Notes under the pieces: model-generated
Database searches by the model: none
Seen by the model: only the letters and a program-made list of their open reading frames with translations
What the model was told of the DNA's origin: nothing
Source: an uncultured Alphaproteobacteria bacterium
GTDB taxonomy: Bacteria; Pseudomonadota; Alphaproteobacteria; Rhizobiales; Beijerinckiaceae
Length of the DNA stretch: 64,000 bases
Direction: 5' to 3'
Assembly: GCA_963702825.1 (NCBI GenBank)
Contig: CAVPEE010000026.1
Location: forward strand, 1,608 to 65,607
Part shown: positions 10,022-20,263 of the stretch, piece by piece
Layout of the letters: each line of letters opens with the position of its first letter
Numbering within the stretch: the stretch's first letter is position 1
Made by a program: the position numbers and the translations under genes

Positions 10022-11902
10022 GTGGAAACGGAGCGCATAGAGGCGCCGCGCGCCACTTCCGTTTTGGCCGGCGCGGGATTTAAGCCTCGGCTCAGAACTG
10101 TCGGCGTCGTTTTGTTTGTCGCCGCCTATTTCGCGGCGACTGCGTTCGTCGCGCACTCAGACCTCGGCGTCCAAAGCCTCGTCTTGGTCGCGGCGGTCTT
10201 CGGCGTCCTCGCCATCAGCCTTGACCTCGTCGCAGGGATGCTCGGGCTCTACTCGCTGGGCCAGGGAGGCTTCTTCGCGATTGGCGCCTATTTCACGACG
10301 ATCGTCGTGAACGATCTCAGCTGGAACGTCTTCCTCGTGCTTCTGATCGTGCTCCTGCTCGCCGGCCTCATCGGGCTCGCAGTCGGCGCGATGTCGCTCA
10401 GGGTCAGCGGGCTTTATTTCGCGATCACCAGCTTCATTTTCACGCTCGTGCTGACGGTGCTGGCGACCGATCTCAAGATCACCGGCGGATTGCAGGGATT
10501 GCTCGGCCCCGCATTTCCAGACTTTCCGGAGGGCTTCGAGGCGCTTGGAACGCCTGTCGCTTGGTGCGTCATGCTCGCTCTGCTCCTCTGCATCGGCTTC
10601 GTTTGGAGCATCCGCCGGTCGCCCCTCTATCCGGTGCTCCTGGCGATTCGCGACGCCGAACGCTTCGCGGAGGCGGCGGGCGCGCGCACTTCGCTTATCA
10701 AGATCGGCGTGTTCGGCGTCTCTGCCGCGATGGCTGGCGGCGCCGGATGGCTGTTCTCGTTCCTCGGCGTCGTTTCGCCCGGGCAATTCGATTGGGCGGT
10801 GTCGTTGAACATTCTCGTCATGGTGCTGATCGGCGGCATCAACACGACCCTGGGGCCGGTGATTGGCGCGGCCTTCGTCTCGATGTTCCCCGCGCTCGTC
10901 AACATCAATCCCTGGCTGCAGGAGATGGTCTATGGGGCGCTCTCGATCCTGGCGGTGACCCTGCTGCCGGGCGGCGTGATGAGTCTCTTGAAGCGCGTCG
11001 CGGCGTTTGGCGAAGGCGCGGCGCCGGAGCCTGCCGTCGCAGCTTTGGATCGACCAGAGGCGCTGGTCGAGGCGAGCCTCTTTCGCAAGTTCGCCGGCGG
11101 AAGCGCCGGCGCGGCGCAGGCAGGCGCTCCCGAGTCGGAATACGCGGTCGAATGCCGCGGCATCCAATTCAGTTATGGGACCGGACTCATGGTGCTGCGC
11201 AATGTCGACCTCGCGGTGAGGCGCGGCGACATCCATGGGCTCATCGGGCCGAACGGTTCGGGCAAAAGCACGCTCGCCAATGTTATCGCCGGGCGCCTGC
11301 AGCCGCTCGCCGGCGCAACGCTCATCAAGGGGATGCGCGTCGACGGCGCATCGCCGAGCAAGCGCGCCGAGCTCGGCATGCGCAGGACGTTTCAGGCGGC
11401 CGAACTCGTGCGTGAGTTGACGCCGATCCAAAACGTGATGGTTGGCCTGTTCAACCTCAAGCCGGGCATTATTCGGCGGGCCGCGATCTGGCCGCTTCTG
11501 CCGTCCGGCCGGCGCGACCTGGCCTGGATGGAAGGCCGATCGCGCGAAGCCCTCGAGATGGTCGGCGCCGGCGCGTGGGTCGGACGGGCAGTCGGCGACG
11601 TTCCGCACGGCGTCGAGCAATTGACCCAGCTCGCGTCCGTCTGCGTCGCGGGCCCCGACATCATTATCCTTGACGAGCCGGCGACGGGCCTATCGGCGCG
11701 CGAGGTCGACCATCTCGCCGAGATCCTCAGCCAACTCAAGGCGCAGGGCGTGACGATGATCATCATCGAGCATCAAACGCGGTTCCTGTTTCCCCTCTGC
11801 GACCGGGTGACCGTGCTCAACGCCGGTGAGGTGATCCTCACCGGAACGGCGGAGGAAGTGCGCGCGCATCCGGTCGTCCGGCAGGTCTATCTTGGCGAAT
11901 GA
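10022..11902 (+). CDS. Fused ABC permease / ATP-binding protein (LivM-LivG-like)
   Basis: N-terminal SLGQGGFFAIGAY..GLYFAI TM domain. C-terminal GPNGSGKS, ILDEPATG, IIEH, VYLG. Confidence 0.88.
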   Translation: METERIEAPRATSVLAGAGFKPRLRTVGVVLFVAAYFAATAFVAHSDLGVQSLVLVAAVFGVLAISLDLVAGMLGLYSLGQGGFFAIGAYFTTIVVNDLSWNVFLVLLIVLLLAGLIGLAVGAMSLRVSGLYFAITSFIFTLVLTVLATDLKITGGLQGLLGPAFPDFPEGFEALGTPVAWCVMLALLLCIGFVWSIRRSPLYPVLLAIRDAERFAEAAGARTSLIKIGVFGVSAAMAGGAGWLFSFLGVVSPGQFDWAVSLNILVMVLIGGINTTLGPVIGAAFVSMFPALVNINPWLQEMVYGALSILAVTLLPGGVMSLLKRVAAFGEGAAPEPAVAALDRPEALVEASLFRKFAGGSAGAAQAGAPESEYAVECRGIQFSYGTGLMVLRNVDLAVRRGDIHGLIGPNGSGKSTLANVIAGRLQPLAGATLIKGMRVDGASPSKRAELGMRRTFQAAELVRELTPIQNVMVGLFNLKPGIIRRAAIWPLLPSGRRDLAWMEGRSREALEMVGAGAWVGRAVGDVPHGVEQLTQLASVCVAGPDIIILDEPATGLSAREVDHLAEILSQLKAQGVTMIIIEHQTRFLFPLCDRVTVLNAGEVILTGTAEEVRAHPVVRQVYLGE

Positions 11903-11912
11903 GACTGGACCA

Positions 11913-12642
11913 ATGATGAGCAGCCAAAGTCTAGCGCTCGACGTCACGGCTCTCTCCGCGGGGTATGGCCGCTTTGACGTCGTGCACGACATTGCGCTCA
12001 AAGTCGGCGCGGGCGAGGCCGTCGCGCTCCTTGGCCCCAACGGCGCCGGCAAAACGACGGTGCTCAAGGCGATCATGGGACTGGTCAGTCAACGACGCGG
12101 TTCGATCCGGGTGGCTGGCGAGGACGTTTCAGCGTTTCCCGCGCATCGCGTGGCGCGCGGCTTCGCGGCGATCGCACCCGAGGGCCGGCGCCTTTTTCTC
12201 GATCAGACGGTCGAGGATAATCTCTTGCTCGGAGGGCTGCATCTGCGCCGCGACCGCGTACGCCTCCAGGCGCTTTTGAAGTCCGTCTACGACCTGTTCC
12301 CGGTCCTTTACGAGTACCGTCGGCGCCTCTCGTCATACCTCAGCGGCGGCGAGCAGCAGATGGTTGCGATCGGGCGCATGTTGATGAGCGATCCGAAGGT
12401 GATGCTGCTTGACGAACCGTCGGTGGCGCTATCCCCGGTCGCTGTCGGCGTCATGGTGGATGCGCTGCTCAAACTGCGAGCGGCGCGGCGCGTCGCTCCT
12501 CCTGGTCGAACAGCGCATCGACGTCGCGGTGCGGGTTTGCGACCGCCTGTACGTGATGACCCACGGCGCCATCGTCGATGAAATGACGCCCGACGACGTT
12601 CGCAATGAAGGCCTCTCGATCATCAACAAATATCTGGGCTGA
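11913..12642 (+). CDS. ABC ATP-binding protein (LivF-like), frameshift near 12480
   Basis: GPNGAGKT, LSGGEQQM, LLDEPS. The second frame supplies LLVEQ..YLG stop. Confidence 0.88.
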
Positions 12643-12683
12643 ACAGCCGGCCTCACACCTCGAAACGAACCGGCGCCCTGTCT

Positions 12684-13364
12684 TCACGCCGGCTCCATGC
12701 CGTGACGGCGTTTTGCGTCCTCTGTTTCGACGGACGCCAGATAGGCGACGAACGCGCGCGCGCCCTCGGGATCCGGCGACATTGTCGCTATTCCCGCTGA
12801 GAACACGGTTACGGCCTGAATTTCCGGCGGGAGAGGACCAACGACCTCAATACCCGGTTGACCAATCAGCTCGCTGAGCTGCTGGAAGCCGAGGTCAGCG
12901 TCGCCGTTCGCGACCAGCGTCGCCACCGGTACGCCCGGGGGCGCGATGAGCACGCGCTCCGGCGGCACGCCCCATTTCTCGCACAGCGCCTTCAGGTGAT
13001 CGCCGCTCGGACCGGTCGAGTAGCAAATCTTTCGCGCATCCAGCATCGCCTGTTTGACGGCTTTCTCATCCGCGACGCTGGGCAAGGCCGAGCCCGTGCG
13101 GACTGCAACGCCAATCTCCGACCGCGCAAAGTCCCTCGTCTCGCCCTTCGCGAGATGGCCTTCAGTCTCCAAGATCGCCATGACTTTCGACGCCAGTACG
13201 ACGACATCGGTCGTCTCGCCAGCCCGAAGTGATTTCGCGGCTTCGACGCCGCCCATGGAACGGATTTCGACGCGCGTCCCGTGGCGCGCCTCATAATCAC
13301 GGGCGAGATCGGCAAGGATGTGCCGGGTCGCCATCGAAGACAGGCCCGAGAGCCGACCGCTCAT
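12684..13364 (-). CDS. ModA-like substrate-binding domain protein without signal peptide
   Basis: SSMAT, MGGV, YSTGPSG, GFQQLSEL, LPPEIQ..TVFSAG motifs. Confidence 0.8.
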   Translation of the reverse strand: MSGRLSGLSSMATRHILADLARDYEARHGTRVEIRSMGGVEAAKSLRAGETTDVVVLASKVMAILETEGHLAKGETRDFARSEIGVAVRTGSALPSVADEKAVKQAMLDARKICYSTGPSGDHLKALCEKWGVPPERVLIAPPGVPVATLVANGDADLGFQQLSELIGQPGIEVVGPLPPEIQAVTVFSAGIATMSPDPEGARAFVAYLASVETEDAKRRHGMEPA

Positions 13365-13611
13365 GCGCTTCGCCAGGGCATGACGCCAAGGGGGAAGACG
13401 GCCGTTCGGAACGCGCGTTTCATTTATGGCAGATCCTTCCTAGCCCGTAGCGGGTAAGTTCTGACGTGATGGATACTAGCCGGGGGCGGCCCTGCCGCAA
13501 ACGTCCAGTCCCAGCAGAGAAGGGACTTAGAGAACCGCTGGCGCCCGCGCGAGTCATTCAGTAATTAGGCGCGCGTCGGTTTCTCGGCCCGCTGATGCGC
13601 TGAGCGACCCC

Positions 13612-14541
13612 ATGCCGGATTCGACAATACGTTCGGGCTCGATCGCCTTTCTCGGGTTTGGCGAAGCCGCGCATGCCTTTCTCGATGGTTGGCGCACCAA
13701 TTCAGACTTCAAGGCGCGCATTTGCGCCTACGACATCAAGACCGATTCGCCCGATTCCGAAGTGCGGACCGCGAAGCGAGCCGATTATGCGGCGGCAAAG
13801 GTGCTTGGCGCTTCGACCGCGGCCGAGGCGGTGACAGGCGCCGACGCAGTCTTTTCCGTCGTCACCGCCGACCAGGCGCACGAAGCCGCGATAGCGGCTC
13901 TGCCAGGCCTTGCCAAAGGGGCGCTCTTTTTCGACTGCGATTCCTGCGCGCCGCAGACCAAGACGCGCACGGCGCAAGAGGTCGAGGCCGCGGGCGGACG
14001 TTATATCGACGTCGCGGTGATGGCGCCGGTCCATCCGCGCCTGCACCGGACCCCGCTCCTGATCAGCGGGCCGCACGTCTCAGCTGCGGCGCCGGCGCTC
14101 GCGTCTCTCGGCATGTTGGCGAAGATCCACGAGGGTCCGGTCGGCGCCGCTTCAGCAGTCAAGATGATCCGCTCCGTCATGATGAAGGGGCTTGAGGCGC
14201 TCGTCTGCGAATGCGTGCTGGCGGGGCGGAAAGCGGGCGTCATCGAGACGGTGCTCGATTCGCTTGACGACACCTACCCCGGCTTCGATTGGAAGAAGCG
14301 CTCGGCCTATATGCTGGAGCGGGTGATGACCCATGGCGTCCGGCGGGCGGCGGAAATGCGCGAAGTTGCGTTGACCGTCGACCTGCTTGGGCTCAAGGGC
14401 GACATGTCGCGCGCCTCGGTTGGCTGGGAACAGACGATCGGTGAACTCGGTTTGCGGGCGAATGCAGCCGAGGCCGTCGACTATCGCGTTCTGGCCGATC
14501 GGATTCTCGCCGCGCTCGATCCCGCCGCCCGTGAAGGCTGA
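13612..14541 (+). CDS. NAD(P)-dependent oxidoreductase with DUF1932-like C-terminus
   Basis: FLGFGEAA, YIDVAVMAPV, KMIRSVMMKGLEA, HGVRRAAEM. Confidence 0.85.
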   Translation: MPDSTIRSGSIAFLGFGEAAHAFLDGWRTNSDFKARICAYDIKTDSPDSEVRTAKRADYAAAKVLGASTAAEAVTGADAVFSVVTADQAHEAAIAALPGLAKGALFFDCDSCAPQTKTRTAQEVEAAGGRYIDVAVMAPVHPRLHRTPLLISGPHVSAAAPALASLGMLAKIHEGPVGAASAVKMIRSVMMKGLEALVCECVLAGRKAGVIETVLDSLDDTYPGFDWKKRSAYMLERVMTHGVRRAAEMREVALTVDLLGLKGDMSRASVGWEQTIGELGLRANAAEAVDYRVLADRILAALDPAAREG

Positions 14542-14750
14542 CAAAGCCTGAGGTCGCTCTTCTGCAGCCGGGGAGGCCGCGTCGGGACACACGGCAATCG
14601 CAGGTCGGCCAACACGAAGCCGAGCGGAAGGAGGAGGGTTGACGCCAAGATTCTCGATGTTCGGGGCGTTGACCGCTGCGCTGCTCGCGCGTCTCGCGTT
14701 GCAAGGCCGGAAACCCTCGGTTAAGTCTTGATGGGGCTTCGAGCTTGTTC

Positions 14751-15305
14751 ATGGCGACCGATCTCATCCGCTACGACCTTCTGGTGCAGGACGCGCTGCG
14801 CTCCGTGGTGCGCAAAGTCCTTGCCGACACGGCGCGCAACGGGCTCGTCGGCGACCACCATTTCAACATCGCGTTCAAGACCCAGGCGCCGGGCGTGGTC
14901 GCGCCGCCCGTGGTCAAGCAGCGCTTCCCCGACGAGATGTCGATCATCCTTCAGCACGAGTTCTGGGACCTCGTCGTCACCCAGGACGCCTTCGAGGTCA
15001 GCCTGAACTTTTCCCGCAAGCCCGAGCGGTTGATCGTGCCGTTCGATTCGATCACCGGTTTCACCGACCCGTCTGTTCCGTTCGGATTCAAGCTCGAGCC
15101 GCGCGTTTCGGAGACGGCCGGTCGCACGCCGACTGTGGAGGAGGAAAAGGGGGCGACTCCGAGCCCGGTCGCGGCAAAGCCGGCGCCCGTTAAGCCGTCC
15201 GCACAGCCCGCCTCCGCCCCGAAGTCTGCTCAGAATGCGGAGAAGCCCACGGAGCCTGCCGGCGAAACGAAGGTCGTGTCGATCGACGCCTTCCGCAAGA
15301 AGTAG
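14751..15305 (+). CDS. sspB: ClpXP adaptor SspB (alphaproteobacterial type)
   Basis: DLIRYD..ALR.VVRKVL, MSIILQHEFW, DPSVPFG, C-terminal VVSIDAFRKK. Confidence 0.9.
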   Translation: MATDLIRYDLLVQDALRSVVRKVLADTARNGLVGDHHFNIAFKTQAPGVVAPPVVKQRFPDEMSIILQHEFWDLVVTQDAFEVSLNFSRKPERLIVPFDSITGFTDPSVPFGFKLEPRVSETAGRTPTVEEEKGATPSPVAAKPAPVKPSAQPASAPKSAQNAEKPTEPAGETKVVSIDAFRKK

Positions 15306-15319
15306 CCGAGGCGCCTTCT

Positions 15320-15508
15320 TTGGCTGAGATCGTCAATCTGCGTCGAGCGCGAAAGTTGAAGGAACGCGAGCGTCAGCAAGCGGAAGCGGCTCAGAAGCGC
15401 GCCGTCTTTGGCCGCTCGAAGGCCGAGAAGCGTCTCATCGAGAGCGAGCGCGCGCTCGCCGAGGCCAACCTCGACGCCCGCCGCCTCGCAAAGCCCGATG
15501 GCGATTGA
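15320..15508 (+). CDS. DUF4169 family protein
   Basis: MAEIVNLRRARK..RAVFGRSKAEK. Confidence 0.88.
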   Translation: MAEIVNLRRARKLKERERQQAEAAQKRAVFGRSKAEKRLIESERALAEANLDARRLAKPDGD

Positions 15509-15589
15509 TACGGGATTCGGTTGATGAGATCGCTCGGCGTTCCCGAGGGGCAGCGAAAGCGCCCGGTCGAGGGCCGGGACGGCTCGACT

Positions 15590-15790
15590 AAGAAAAATCG
15601 ACAATTTCTTGCCAAGCCGGCTGCGACCTGGTATTGTTTTTCAGAAAGGCCGATAAGTCCGGCTGGCACTTTTCATGGGCGACGCGCGACCGAGACTTCG
15701 GCGTTAAGAGCAGGGAACGACTCGGGAATGGCGCCGCAAGCGATTGAAATAGCTCAAAACGGACTCGGCGATCCGCCGGCTCGCGGTCGC
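15590..15790 (+). repeat. Dispersed intergenic element, copy A (promoter plus IHF-like box)
   Basis: TTGCCA-17-TATTGT (15609-15637), TATTG-N5-CAGAA, CAA-GCGA-TTGAAA (15737-15749). Architecture shared with 25320-26060 and 59545-59830. Confidence 0.45.
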
Positions 15791-15805
15791 CGGGAAGGAG
15801 AATCG

Positions 15806-16052
15806 ATCAGGCGAATTCCTGACGCGCGCGTCGTCAAGCGCTCGCTCGTCATCGCCGGACATCGAACGAGCGTCTCCCTTGAGGATGCGTTTTGGCGGCG
15901 GCTGCAGCGCCATCGCGCCCGAGCGTGGGCTGTCCCTCAATTCCCTCGCGGCGATGATCGACGCCTCGCGCGACGGCGCCAACCTGTCATCGGCCATCCG
16001 AGTGTTCGTGCTCGAGGCCGAAGGCGCCCAGGCCGTCCCGCCCAGCAGGTGA
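15806..16052 (+). CDS. Ribbon-helix-helix (RHH_4-type) protein, frameshift near 15908
   Basis: VVKRSLVIAGHRTSVSLEDAFW, then the second frame gives ..DGANLSSAIRVFVL. Start uncertain. Confidence 0.8.
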
Positions 16053-16070
16053 CAGCTGCGTCCGGCCCGA

Positions 16071-19000
16071 TCAGTAGAGACCTGGGGGATCGACTTGCGT
16101 CGGGCGCGCCTTGGGCCTGGGCGGCGGCGTCGGAGCCGCGGGGCCGGGCCCGTTGGCGCCGACTTGGTCGCTCTTCGGCGATGGCGCGGACGCGAACGGG
16201 CTTTCTCGATTGCCCGCCCTCGCCGTCCTTCGCTGGATCGACGCTCTCCGCGGCGCCCTTTTCCGCCTCGGCTTTCTGAGCTGCGGCAGCTTCCGCCGCC
16301 TTCTTCGCCGCCTCGGCCTCGGCCGCTTTCTCCGCTTCCTCCAGAGAGCGCAAGCGTTCTGCCTGCCCTTTCAGTCGCGCTTGTTCGACCTCCCAGTCCT
16401 GGATTTCCTGCTGCCTTCGATCCATCAACCGCTCGCCCTTGAGACGCCGGTTGAAGAAGGCGCGCTCGCGGATGTCGGCTTCCAGGGTGGAGATGCGATC
16501 GGTCTCGCGCGCGATCGCCTGGGCGGCGAGCGCGGCGGACAGCGAGCTGACGTCGATCTGCCGCTTCGGCGCCTCCAACGCATTGTCGACGGTCACCCCC
16601 GCGCTTGGCGGCGGCCCGGACCAGAACTTCAAATCGCTGGCCGATGAGGTGAGCGTAAAGCGCGCCTGTGTCGTCAGCGTGCGCAGATCGAAATCCGCGT
16701 TCAGAGCCTCATCCCCTTGTCCTTCGGGGATTTTGATTGGACCGATTTTCGCAACGCCAGCGCTGAGCGAAAGCGGCGCCGATCCATCGGCGATCGCCAG
16801 CGGCGCCCGATTGAGCTCGTTGCCGAACGCGAAGGCGATATTGGTTTCGTCCAATGGCGCGTCAGGGGTCTGCGCCTTGGCGAGGACGCGATCGAGAGCA
16901 GTGGGATCACTCCGCGCCAGCGCCGCGCCGGCGAAGGTCATTGTGCCGGAGCCGGCGAGTCCGTTGATCAGCGCGGCGGGGCTTCGTCCGGTCGAAGCGA
17001 AATCAAGCGCAGCGCCGATGCGGCCTGAGAATCCGGTTCGGTCGAGAGCGACCGAATCAAGGGCCAGCGCGCCGGTCAGCGTCACATTGTCCGCATCGCG
17101 ACGCAGCGTCGCATGGCCGGACGCTCCGCCTCCTGCAATCCGCATCGCGAAGTCGTCAAGATCGAGCCGGCCCTTATCAAAGCGGAGCGTCGTCGCGAAC
17201 TCGCGCGCCGTCAGGGCGTCCGCCAAGTCGAGAGTTCCGACCCTGAGCTTTACGGCGGCGGACGGCGGCCGTAGGGGCACGGGCGCGAATCTCACGTCCG
17301 ACCAACGCGCACCCGCCCGCCCCGGCTGCGGCGGTCCGAGCGCGAGCGCCAGAACGCCGGAGAGCGGCATGCGTTCGACCGTGAGTTGGCCCTCGATCTC
17401 CGCCGGCGTAGGCGCTGTCGGCTTCCCAGAGGCGGCCCCAGAGCCAACCGCTTCCTCGGCGCGAGCAATATCGGCGCTCGCCTCAGGCACGACCTCGAGC
17501 GGCTTGGCAGGCTGATAGGTGAGGTCGCCGCTCGCCTTGACCCCCGCAATTGTCGCCGCGAGTCGTGAGAAACCCCATCGATCGCCGCGCAAGGTCGCAT
17601 CGAATCCGATATCGGCGGGACCGAGCGCGCCGCCATTGGCTGGCGCGAGGCCAAGAGCGACAGCAAGCGGAGCGAGGTTCGGCGACTTGGCTTTGGCGGA
17701 GCCAAACAGCTTCGCGTCCGCGCTCTCCGCCGCGGGCAGGAAGCGTCCGCGCCACGTGAGGTCCGCTCCTGCAAGCTGGGAGGTCGCATCGACGTCGTAG
17801 CCCTTCTCCCACCCCCCATTCGCGTTCAGCACAATGTGGGCGCGGCCGCCTCCCGACGTTGGCGTATGCACGCCGAGCTGACGCAACAGCGCGCCCGAGT
17901 TTGGGGAATCGAGGGTGACGGTGAGCGCGCGCCCTGTGTCGTTCGGCCTCGGATCGAGGGTGACTGAAAACTGTGTTTCACCCGCTGATCCATTGGCCCT
18001 AAGGGAATCGACGGCGGGAACGCCGCCAACGTCGGATGCTCCGCCATGAGCGCCGAAGGTTAACGCTGCCGGCGAGAGCTCACCCGCCCGCGCGACCAGC
18101 ATTCGGCTCCAATCGCTCGGCGCCACACGCGAGACCAGCATTGCGAAATCGTGCAAGCGGTCGGCTCGTAAGTGACCGGTCGCTGCAGTCGAGTCGGGAC
18201 CGATCGCGCCCTCGACGTCGAAAGAGGCCCCATCCAGGCCAGCCACACTCAGGCGCTTGAGGGTGACGTTCGGCCCGCTCTTGGCGACATTCACCGTCAA
18301 CGAGCCACTGTCGATCTGCGCTTCGCCGACGCGGGCGATATGCAGCGAACCCGCCCTGAGCGATAGCGAGAGGTCGAGATCGCCGATCAGATTCCCTGCC
18401 GCGAGGCTCGGCAACCCATCGACGTCGAGCGAGTCGCTCATGAGATCGACATCGATCCGGCCTGGTTGACCGCCATCGGGCCCCTTGAACGCCAGAGCGC
18501 CGGTCAGCGTCGAGCGGTCCAGCGTCAGCTTGAGATTGCGTCCCGAAAATCCAGTTGGCGACGCTTCCACCGCGCCCGACAACGATGCGCTGCGGTAAGG
18601 GAGCGCATCGGCGAAAGCGACGACTTTGGCCGCAGCCGGCGGCGCGCCTAGGGTGGCCCAATCGCGCAGCAGGGCGAAGTCGGCGCTTATGAAATCAACG
18701 TCGCCGCGGAACTTGGCCTCTGCGCCGGTCTCCAAGGCTTCCCGTCCGCGCGCAGACGGCTTTGTCCGGGAAGGCCGAGGTTGAAAGCCAGATTGAGCGG
18801 CGCACCGGGCGCAGCTTTCAGCGTCGCGCTCGCGTCGGGCAGGGTCTGCGACCCAAGAATGATCGGCTGGGCCAAAACCTGCGCGTCGATCGACGCCCCA
18901 TTCTGACGGCCCTGAAGCGCGGCTGCGACAATGCGGGTGATCAAGGTCAAGGCGCGCGCGGGCGCGACCCCGTCCTCGCCCTTGCGACGCATGAGCGAGT

Positions 19001-19931
19001 CGACGTTGACCTGTTTTGCCCTCAGCGCGACGCTGATTTGGGCGGGCGAGCCGAAAACCAGTTTGGCGTCCCCATCCGCTCGGATCCCTCGTTCCTCTGA
19101 TCCGAGACGGAATTCCGCCTGTCGAAGGGTCGCCTGGTCGAAATCGACAGTCATCGGCCCGGCGACCCGCCATGGGGTCGGCGCATCCTCGCCGGGCGCC
19201 GTTCCTGTTAGCGTCGCTGCGCCGGCGAACCGAAGGCCGCCGAGCCCGGCGGCCGGGTCGCCTTCGAGCGCGCCGTCGAATTCGGCGGCAGGCCAACTCG
19301 GACCGGCGTCGACCGAGAGGCGAAGCGGCGTTCCTGCCGGCCCAGGCTTTTCCGAGGCGAGCCTGAAGGCAACGGGAGCATTGTCCGGGCCGGAGAATTG
19401 GCCGTTGAGATGCGCAGGTCCGTCGAGCGACGGCGCGGCGGCATCGATCTCGACGCCGGAAATCTCGGTTCCAGCGCCGGCGCCGACGATCTTCACTCGC
19501 CCATCGCGCACGCTCAGGCGGTCAAACCCGGTCGAGTGGAGGCCCGCCATCTGTACCGGCGGCAGTCGGAGCGCGCCGTCAGGCCCGCGCGTCAGGATCA
19601 GAACGGGCTTCTCGAGACGGATGTCGGAGAACCGGATCTGCCCGCTCGCAAGCTTGACAAGCGCGAGCTCCAGCCGAGCCGAGGCGAACGAGAGCTTCGC
19701 CCCGTCCGGACCTGGCGCGCTGACCAAACCTTCGCCCAAGGCGAGATAGGGCGTCGGCAGCACCCTAAGTTCGACCGGTCCGGTCAGGGAGACATCCGCG
19801 CCCGTGATTGCGCTGAGCCGCGCCTCGATCTCACCGCGCTGCGTAGACCAGTCGATGAGGTACGGCGCGACAAGCGCAACCGACATCACCGCGACGAGCG
19901 CGACCGCGACGATGGTCAGGACATAGCGCAC
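16071..19931 (-). CDS. AsmA family protein (frameshifts near 18740 and 16220)
   Basis: N-terminal TM then APYLIDW..GPVELRVLPTPYL; long beta-rich body; IRERAFFNRRLK; Pro-rich tail ending ..PPGLY stop. Confidence 0.85.
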
Positions 19932-20263
19932 AGGGAAATGACTTCCACTCCGCTTGGACGAACTGTCGCAAGAACAATTCGGCGACCATCGCGGTTCAAA
20001 ATGCCGCGAAAGTATGACCTTGACAACAAAAGCGGCGTCTTGCGGTTCATGCGAGCGATTGGGCAACGGAAATCGACACGCCGACGCCAACCCCAGAGCC
20101 GGCAGATAACCGTTAGCTTATGTCCACAAACGGCCTTCGTAGTCGTCGATTCGACTTTGTGAATGGTTGACGGCGTTGGCGCTAAGGCCCGACATTGGCG
20201 GCAAGGCGCAAGGCGTGCGCCCCCAAGCCCGCTCCGGGCGCGCTGTGATATGGGAGGCGGCCC

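Noticed and set aside
14542-14750. Possible tmRNA or other RNA gene next to sspB
   Set aside because: No tRNA-like ends or tag-peptide frame recognised.
16250-16345. Ala/Glu/Lys repeats (EKAAEAEAAKKAAE)
   Set aside because: Ordinary low-complexity coiled-coil tail of the AsmA-family protein.
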